Shown here: piece by piece, positions 26,299-32,000 of the stretch
Layout: the number at the start of each line of letters is the position of its first letter
Numbering within the stretch: the stretch's first letter is position 1
Assembly: GCF_000039765.1 (NCBI RefSeq)
Contig: NC_004459.3
Span: 3,046,104-3,078,103 of the forward strand
Length of the DNA stretch: 32,000 nt
Direction of reading: 5' to 3'
Source of the DNA: Vibrio vulnificus CMCP6
GTDB taxonomy: Bacteria > Pseudomonadota > Gammaproteobacteria > Enterobacterales > Vibrionaceae
The notes under the pieces: generated by a model
The model's database searches: none
What the model saw: the letters and a program-made list of their open reading frames with translations, nothing else
Told to the model about the DNA's origin: nothing
Translations under genes and position numbers: made by a program

Positions 26299-27540
26299 TT
26301 AGATTTTCTTAAATACGAGTGAGCCGTTTGTTCCACCGAAGCCGAATGAGTTACAGATCGCGTATTCCATATCCACTTTCTTCGCAGTATGTGGAACAAG
26401 ATCGATATCCAAACCTTCTTCTGGATTATCCAGGTTAATGGTTGGTGGAACGATCTGATCAACCAGCGACAACACGGTAATGATCGCTTCAACAGAGCCT
26501 GCGGCACCAAGTAGGTGGCCGGTCATAGATTTTGTTGAAGATACTTTAACTTGTTTTGCGCCCTCTTCACCAAGAGCACGTTTTACGCCTTTAATTTCAG
26601 CCACATCGCCTGCTGGTGTTGATGTACCGTGAGCGTTCACATAACCCACTTGTGTACCAACAATACCTGCGTCACGCATTGCCGCTTCCATCGCTAGAGC
26701 GCCACCAGAGCCGTCTTCGCTTGGTGAAGTCATGTGATAAGCATCACCCGACATACCAAAGCCAACCAGCTCAGCGTAAATTTTTGCGCCACGTGCTTTT
26801 GCATGTTCGTACTCTTCAAGTACCATGATGCCAGCACCATCGCCTAATACGAAACCATCGCGATCTTTGTCCCAAGGACGAGACGCTTTTTGTGGTTCAT
26901 CGTTACGAGTAGAAAGAGCTTTCGCCGCACCAAAGCCAGCCATACCAAGCGGTGTTGATGCTTTCTCAGCACCACCAGCAACCATAGCATCAGCATCGCC
27001 GTAAGCGATCATTCGCGCTGCATGGCCGATGTTATGCAGACCAGTAGTACATGCCGTAGAAATCGCGATGTTCGGACCGCGCATGCCACGCATGATAGAT
27101 AGATTACCTGCAACCATGTTTACAATAGTTGAAGGAACGAAGAATGGGCTAACTTTACGTGGGCCTTTTTCAACTAAAGCGGTGTGGCCTGCTTCAATAA
27201 GATCAAGACCGCCGATACCAGAGCCGATCGCAACACCAACGCGGTGTGCGTTTTCATCCGTAATTTCAAGACCTGAATCGTCTAAAGCCTGAATACCTGC
27301 TGCAATGCCGTACTGGATGAAGAGATCCATTTTACGTGCATCTTTTTTAGACATGTATTCTTCGCAGTTGAAGTCTTTTACCAAACCGGCGAAACGGGTA
27401 GAGAAGTTAGTTGCATCGAAATGTTCGATATTGACGATACCACTTTTGCCTTCAAGCAGGGATTTCCAGGATTCTGCTACGGTGTTGCCAACCGGTGACA
27501 ACATACCCATGCCAGTGACAACTACACGACGCTTGGACAC
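26299..27540 (-). CDS. fabF: 3-oxoacyl-ACP synthase II
   Basis: 413 aa. (M)[20 protein letters not shown]...[17 protein letters not shown] is close along its length to my recollection of E. coli FabF. It uses a GTG start. Confidence 0.96.
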   Translation of the reverse strand: MSKRRVVVTGMGMLSPVGNTVAESWKSLLEGKSGIVNIEHFDATNFSTRFAGLVKDFNCEEYMSKKDARKMDLFIQYGIAAGIQALDDSGLEITDENAHRVGVAIGSGIGGLDLIEAGHTALVEKGPRKVSPFFVPSTIVNMVAGNLSIMRGMRGPNIAISTACTTGLHNIGHAARMIAYGDADAMVAGGAEKASTPLGMAGFGAAKALSTRNDEPQKASRPWDKDRDGFVLGDGAGIMVLEEYEHAKARGAKIYAELVGFGMSGDAYHMTSPSEDGSGGALAMEAAMRDAGIVGTQVGYVNAHGTSTPAGDVAEIKGVKRALGEEGAKQVKVSSTKSMTGHLLGAAGSVEAIITVLSLVDQIVPPTINLDNPEEGLDIDLVPHTAKKVDMEYAICNSFGFGGTNGSLVFKKI

Positions 27541-27590
27541 GATATAATTCTCCGGGGATTGAATTTCTATGAGAGGATAGAAGAAGTTAG

Positions 27591-27621
27591 AAAAAACACA
27601 GGCGGTCTAGGTGACCGCCTG
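27591..27621 (-). terminator. Terminator or attenuator downstream of acpP
   Basis: The minus strand reads CAGGCGGTC-accta-GACCGCCTG followed by TGTGTTTTTT, 10 nt after the acpP stop. Confidence 0.7.
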
Positions 27622-27631
27622 GGGGAGATGA

Positions 27632-27868
27632 TTACTGAGCGTTCGCAGTTACGTAATCGATCGCAGCTTGAACAGTTGTAATCTTTTCAGCTTCTTCGTC
27701 AGGGATCTCAGTGTCGAATTCTTCTTCTAGTGCCATTACTAGTTCAACGGTGTCTAGAGAATCAGCACCTAGGTCGTCTACGAAAGAAGCTTCGTTTTTA
27801 ACTTCAGACTCATCAACACCTAGTTGTTCAACAATGATTTTCTTTACGCGTTCTTCGAGGTTGCTCAT
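27632..27868 (-). CDS. acpP: Acyl carrier protein
   Basis: 78 aa. [18 protein letters not shown]...[19 protein letters not shown] carries the phosphopantetheine attachment site DSL. Confidence 0.97.
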   Translation of the reverse strand: MSNLEERVKKIIVEQLGVDESEVKNEASFVDDLGADSLDTVELVMALEEEFDTEIPDEEAEKITTVQAAIDYVTANAQ

Positions 27869-28033
27869 TTTTCTTTTCCTTTACAGAGTTCGCTTTATGC
27901 GATGTTTTCCGTAGTTTATTCAAACTATTAAAAGTTGCAAGACCAACTTTTCTGGTCAAACCACAATTTACGCGATTTTAACCGATTTTCATTACATATT
28001 TGACCTAAATCATGCACAGACAGTGAACATAAT

Positions 28034-28780
28034 TTAGACCATATACATTCCGCCGTTGACGTGCAGTGTTTCGCCAGTGATGTAAGCAGCAGCTGGCGAC
28101 GCCAAAAATACCACAGCTTCCGCAATTTCACGAGGATCACCAAGACGACCTGCTGGAACATTCGCCAAAGTGGTCGCACGCTGCTCATCATTTAGAGCAC
28201 GAGTCATATCTGTCTCAATGAAACCTGGCGCTACAGTATTGACCGTTACACCACGAGATGCAACTTCACGAGCCAATGATTTTGTGAAACCAATAACACC
28301 CGCTTTCGCAGCCGCGTAGTTTGCTTGGCCTGCGTTACCCATTGTGCCAACAACAGAACCAACGTTGATGATGCGGCCATCACGTTTTTTCATCATGCCA
28401 CGCATCACTGCTTTAGAAAGACGGAAAATAGACGTTAGGTTAGTGTCCATGATGTCGTTCCACTCGTCATCTTTCATACGCATAAGCAGATTATCGCGTG
28501 TGATACCTGCATTATTAATCAAGATGTCGACAGCGCCGAATTCATCATTAATCGCTTTTAGTACGCTTTCAACCGATTCAGCATCCGTCACATTCAGAGC
28601 AAAGCCTTTGCCATTTTCGCCTAGGTATTCTGAAATTGCCGCTGCGCCGTTTTCTGAAGTCGCGGTACCAATTACTGTCGCGCCACGTGCAACCAGAGTT
28701 TCTGCGATTGCGCGACCGATACCACGGCTCGCGCCCGTTACTAACGCAACTTTACCGCTTAGGTTTAATAAGTCAGTCAT
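28034..28780 (-). CDS. fabG: 3-oxoacyl-ACP reductase
   Basis: 248 aa. GKVALVTGASRGIGRAIAETL...YITGETLHVNGGMYMV is close to my recollection of E. coli FabG. Confidence 0.96.
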   Translation of the reverse strand: MTDLLNLSGKVALVTGASRGIGRAIAETLVARGATVIGTATSENGAAAISEYLGENGKGFALNVTDAESVESVLKAINDEFGAVDILINNAGITRDNLLMRMKDDEWNDIMDTNLTSIFRLSKAVMRGMMKKRDGRIINVGSVVGTMGNAGQANYAAAKAGVIGFTKSLAREVASRGVTVNTVAPGFIETDMTRALNDEQRATTLANVPAGRLGDPREIAEAVVFLASPAAAYITGETLHVNGGMYMV

Positions 28781-28792
28781 TTTTATTCCCTA

Positions 28793-29716
28793 TTACTTTA
28801 CAGCGTCAAGCGATGCAACATCGTTTACTGCCGCTGCTTCTAGTGATTTGACAATACGTTTTGTCAAACCTGTCAATACTTTACCAGGGCCCATTTCAAG
28901 CAATTTTTCGACACCCTGTGAACTCATTAGTTCCACACTTTCAGTCCAACGAACTGGGCTGTACAGTTGACGAACTAGGGCATCTTTGATTTTCGCTGGG
29001 TCGGTTTCTGCAACCACATCCACGTTATTGATCACTGGCAGCTGTGGGGCTTTGAATTCGATAGATTCCAGTGCAACCGCAAGTTTCTCTGCTGCTGGTT
29101 TCATTAGTGCACAGTGTGAAGGCACAGAAACTGGAAGAGGAAGAGCACGTTTAGCGCCCGCTTCTTTACACAGTGCACCCGCACGCTCTACTGCGTCTTT
29201 GCTGCCTGCAATCACCACTTGGCCAGGAGAGTTGAAGTTCACTGGAGAGACCACCTCGCCTTGCGCTGCTTCTTCACAAGCTTTGGCAATCGCTTCATCA
29301 TCTAGGCCGATGATCGCGTACATCGCGCCAGTCCCTGCTGGTACGGCTTCTTGCATAAGTTGACCACGAAGCTCGACAAGTTTGATCGCTTCTTGGAAAT
29401 CAATCACGCCAGCACACACTAATGCTGAGTACTCACCCAAGCTATGGCCTGCCAAGTTTTCTGGTTGAGCAAGACCTAATTCTTGCCACACTCGCCAGAT
29501 CGCTACCGACGAAGCCAGCAATGCCGGTTGAGTGCGGAACGTCTGATTCAAATCTTCCGCAGGACCGTTTTGTACCAGTGCCCATAAATCGTAGCCAAGC
29601 GCTTCTGACGCTTGTGCAAATGTTTGTTTAACGATTTCATACTGTTCGCCAAGATCTGCCAGCATACCAACTGCTTGAGAACCTTGACCTGGAAATACGA
29701 TAGCAAACTTGCTCAT
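28793..29716 (-). CDS. fabD: Malonyl-CoA:ACP transacylase
   Basis: 307 aa. It has FAIVFPGQGSQ and the active-site motif GHSLGEYSAL. Confidence 0.95.
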   Translation of the reverse strand: MSKFAIVFPGQGSQAVGMLADLGEQYEIVKQTFAQASEALGYDLWALVQNGPAEDLNQTFRTQPALLASSVAIWRVWQELGLAQPENLAGHSLGEYSALVCAGVIDFQEAIKLVELRGQLMQEAVPAGTGAMYAIIGLDDEAIAKACEEAAQGEVVSPVNFNSPGQVVIAGSKDAVERAGALCKEAGAKRALPLPVSVPSHCALMKPAAEKLAVALESIEFKAPQLPVINNVDVVAETDPAKIKDALVRQLYSPVRWTESVELMSSQGVEKLLEMGPGKVLTGLTKRIVKSLEAAAVNDVASLDAVK

Positions 29717-29739
29717 AGTAATTTTCCTTAACCGAAGCT

Positions 29740-29774
29740 AAATAAAATGCTGTTACTACTCACGAGCAACAGCA
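29740..29774 (-). terminator. Terminator-like hairpin (possible attenuator) between fabH and fabD
   Basis: The minus strand reads TGCTGTTGCT-cgtgagt-AGTAACAGCA, a 10-bp stem including one G-U pair, followed by TTTTATTT. It lies 17 nt after the fabH stop and 24 nt before the fabD ATG. Confidence 0.45.
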
Positions 29775-29790
29775 AAATTAGAATTCTTAA

Positions 29791-30741
29791 TTAAAAGCGA
29801 ACTAATGCCGAACCCCAGGTGAAACCGCCACCAAAGGCTTCTAGTAGTAGCGTCTGACCACGCTGAATACGCCCATCACGCACGGCCTCATCTAATGCCG
29901 TCGGTACGGTTGCCGCAGAGGTATTGCCATGACGATCAAGGGTAATTACCACTTGATCGAGCGACATAGACAGTTTTTTCGCCGTCGCTGAGATGATCCG
30001 GTAGTTCGCCTGATGTGGAACTAACCAATCCAACTCAGATTTATGCATGCCGTTCGCTTCTAGAGTATCTTTCACCAGTTTCGATAACTGAGTCACCGCT
30101 ACTTTGAATACTTCGTTACCCGCCATGTGTAACCATTTGTCGGCATCTTTGCCGCGCTCAGGTACTTCTAAGCTAAGAAGATCACCAAACTCACCATCCG
30201 CGTAGATGTGAGTAGACAGAATACCCGGCTCTTCGCTTGCTCCAACAACCACAGCACCTGCACCATCACCGAATAAGATAATGGTCGAGCGGTCCGTTGG
30301 ATCGCAAGTTTTCGATAAAGTGTCAGAACCAATAACCAGTACGTTTTTACACATACCCGTTTTAATATGTTGATCAGCAATAGAAAGTGCGTAGACAAAG
30401 CCAGAGCACGCAGCAGCTCGAGCGAATGCAGGACAACCTTTGATGCCAAGCTTTGCCTGCACCTGACATGCAGATGAAGGAAAAGTATGGCTTCCACTTG
30501 TCGTCGCGACGATGATCAGGTCAATATCATTTTTGTCGATACCTGCCATCTCAATCGCGTTTTGAGCCGCATAAAAACCCATATCAGCTACCGTTTCATT
30601 TTCAGCAGCAATACGACGCTCTTTAATACCAGTTCGGGCAACAATCCACTCATCACTTGTCTCTACCATTTTCTCTAGATCGGCATTGGTGCGGATCTGA
30701 GATGGCAGGTAGCTGCCAGTACCTAAAATTTTGCTATACAT
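29791..30741 (-). CDS. fabH: 3-oxoacyl-ACP synthase III
   Basis: 316 aa. It has [13 protein letters not shown], the active-site Cys context AACSGF, and HQAN and GNTSAA motifs. The ATG lies 5 nt after the plsX stop. Confidence 0.95.
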   Translation of the reverse strand: MYSKILGTGSYLPSQIRTNADLEKMVETSDEWIVARTGIKERRIAAENETVADMGFYAAQNAIEMAGIDKNDIDLIIVATTSGSHTFPSSACQVQAKLGIKGCPAFARAAACSGFVYALSIADQHIKTGMCKNVLVIGSDTLSKTCDPTDRSTIILFGDGAGAVVVGASEEPGILSTHIYADGEFGDLLSLEVPERGKDADKWLHMAGNEVFKVAVTQLSKLVKDTLEANGMHKSELDWLVPHQANYRIISATAKKLSMSLDQVVITLDRHGNTSAATVPTALDEAVRDGRIQRGQTLLLEAFGGGFTWGSALVRF

Positions 30742-30746
30742 GAAGA

Positions 30747-31772
30747 CTAATAATGCCTCTCGAGTAAAACCGCTTCCAAACGATCGCTTATACGGCTTGG
30801 TACTTGTCGTTTGACCTCGTGTACCGCCTCACCAATCGCATTAACTAAGGCAGATACATCAGCACTTCCATGACTTTTTATGACAATGCCGCGCAATCCT
30901 AGCAAACTTGCGCCGTTATACTGGTCGGGGTTCAGTGTTTTTAGTTCATTAAATAGCTCAGAAAACAATATTCTGGCTATCCAACCCTTTATCGACGAAG
31001 CCATCATGCTGGTTTTTATTTTTTCGATAAACAGCTGCGCAGTTCCTTCGCTGGCTTTTAGGCAGACGTTGCCAACAAATCCATCGCATACAATCACGTC
31101 TGCTGCGTTTTTTAAGATTTGGTTTCCTTCAATGTAGCCGACAAAGTGAACCGCTTGCGTTTGCGATAGCAGTTCAGCGCAACGCTTCACCAAATCATTG
31201 CCTTTCGTTTCTTCTTCACCCACGTTCAACACCGCGACTCTTGGAGCACGGTTTAAGTGCTCTTCAGCAAGCGCAGAGCCCATGACAGCAAACTGAAATA
31301 AGGTATCCGCATCACACGAAACATTGGCACCAAGATCCAACATCCAACTGCGACCACCCGTTACGGTTGGTAAAGCGGAGATCAATGCAGGTCGGTCGAT
31401 TCCCGGCAGCAATTTGAGAATAAAACGAGAAAGCGCCATGAGTGCGCCGGTGTTGCCACCACTGACGCATGCATCTGCGGTTGAGTCCGCAACAAGCTCG
31501 ATTGCGTGTCGCATTGAACTGCCTTGGCTGTTGCGCAAAGCTAAAGAAGGCTTTTCGGAATTAGAAATCATTCGATCACAATGCTGAACGCTCAGACGAG
31601 CATCAGGTTTGTAACCTAATAAGGAAAGTTGGGACGTGATCTGTTGTTGATCACCTGTAAGAATCACTTTTAGCTCTGGGAAATGAGACAGTGCCTGCAC
31701 GGCGGCAGGCACTGTGACGCGTGGACCGAAATCCCCGCCCATTGCATCAAGTGCAACGGTAATACTTTGCAA
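30747..31772 (-). CDS. plsX: Phosphate acyltransferase PlsX
   Basis: (M)[16 protein letters not shown]...NTGALMA...CDGFVGNV. The TTG at 31772, 10 nt after the rpmF stop, reproduces the register of E. coli MTRLTLALDVMGGDFGP. The track's GTG start at 31808 lies inside rpmF. The start codon is uncertain. Confidence 0.88.
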   Translation of the reverse strand: MQSITVALDAMGGDFGPRVTVPAAVQALSHFPELKVILTGDQQQITSQLSLLGYKPDARLSVQHCDRMISNSEKPSLALRNSQGSSMRHAIELVADSTADACVSGGNTGALMALSRFILKLLPGIDRPALISALPTVTGGRSWMLDLGANVSCDADTLFQFAVMGSALAEEHLNRAPRVAVLNVGEEETKGNDLVKRCAELLSQTQAVHFVGYIEGNQILKNAADVIVCDGFVGNVCLKASEGTAQLFIEKIKTSMMASSIKGWIARILFSELFNELKTLNPDQYNGASLLGLRGIVIKSHGSADVSALVNAIGEAVHEVKRQVPSRISDRLEAVLLERHY

Positions 31773-31782
31773 AGGGTCAACC

Positions 31783-31953
31783 TTACTTGTTGATAACCTT
31801 TTTGCCACGGTAGTAACCTTCAGCGGTTACGTTGTGACGTAGGTGAGTTTCACCTGAAGTCGCGTCTACAGATAGTGCAGCTGTAGTTAGCGCATCGTGT
31901 GAACGACGCATGCCACGCTTAGAACGTGTCTTACGGTTTTGTTGTACGGCCAT
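31783..31953 (-). CDS. rpmF: 50S ribosomal protein L32
   Basis: Not in the track (56 aa). AGGAG-tagggtca-ATG opens [56 protein letters not shown], close to my recollection of E. coli L32. It lies upstream of plsX as expected. Confidence 0.95.
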   Translation of the reverse strand: MAVQQNRKTRSKRGMRRSHDALTTAALSVDATSGETHLRHNVTAEGYYRGKKVINK

Positions 31954-32000
31954 TGACCCTACTCCTATGTTATGGTTCAGCTTAAAGCTTAGCGCTTTAG

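Noticed and set aside
28344-28970. 208-aa plus-strand ORF antisense to fabG/fabD, and similar antisense ORFs (for example 1285-1509, 4052-4429, 14445-14846, 28986-29363)
   Set aside because: These are mirror-frame open stretches opposite strongly supported, highly conserved genes. They are Ser/Ala/Arg/Thr-rich low-complexity translations with no SD and no recognisable domains.
31989-32000. Possible 3' end of yceD (DUF177) upstream of rpmF (...LKR-TAA)
   Set aside because: Only 12 nt fall inside the window. It is expected from synteny but cannot be supported from this sequence.
1-32000. Search for CRISPR arrays, tandem or interspersed repeats, REP/MITE-like elements, tRNA or rRNA genes, toxin-antitoxin pairs or defence-system gene sets
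   Set aside because: Reading both strands by eye, I found no repeated spacer-repeat periodicity and no recurring long repeat. There are no tRNA-like cloverleaf signatures, no small adjacent gene pairs of TA type, and no nuclease, helicase or cyclase combinations. The window is essentially housekeeping apart from the items listed.

Overview
This window reads as core chromosome of a Vibrio-type gammaproteobacterium; the assignment rests on protein recognition and gene order, with no search run. It is densely coding and mostly housekeeping. I call 32 CDS and find no rRNA, tRNA, CRISPR array, IS element or integrase. From left to right: lapB' (5' part only, cut by the window edge)-lapA-ihfB-rpsA-cmk-sohB on the minus strand and yciK on the plus strand. 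Next comes a LexA-boxed imuA-imuB-dnaE2 SOS mutagenesis operon on the plus strand. Then cheV, mlc, pykA, a patatin-like lipase, two beta-barrel outer-membrane proteins and an NSS transporter with a 31-aa small subunit. The right end holds ptsG, then ycfH-holB-tmk-mltG-pabC, then fabF-acpP-fabG-fabD-fabH-plsX-rpmF, all on the minus strand. Several ORF-track entries are over-extended at the N-terminus (ihfB, cmk, yciK, mlc, one OMP, ptsG, pabC, plsX) and I re-called their starts. Three CDS absent from the track are added: truncated lapB, rpmF and the NSS small subunit. A fourth addition is a speculative 30-aa membrane peptide upstream of the patatin gene. I do not see convincing evidence for a new multi-gene system such as a defence island, toxin-antitoxin pair or secretion module. 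The most accessory module is the already-described imuAB-dnaE2 cassette. Four things remain genuinely unexplained. One is a roughly 370-bp spacer of ordinary GC content between ptsG and a small OMP gene that could hold a structured RNA. The second is a 280-nt strongly G-depleted A/C-rich tract ahead of the NSS transporter. The third is the 30-aa peptide ORF. The fourth is a set of hairpins and palindromes in the ptsG, mlc/pykA, fabH-fabD and fabF-pabC spacers. All coordinates and counts were done by hand from the sequence.
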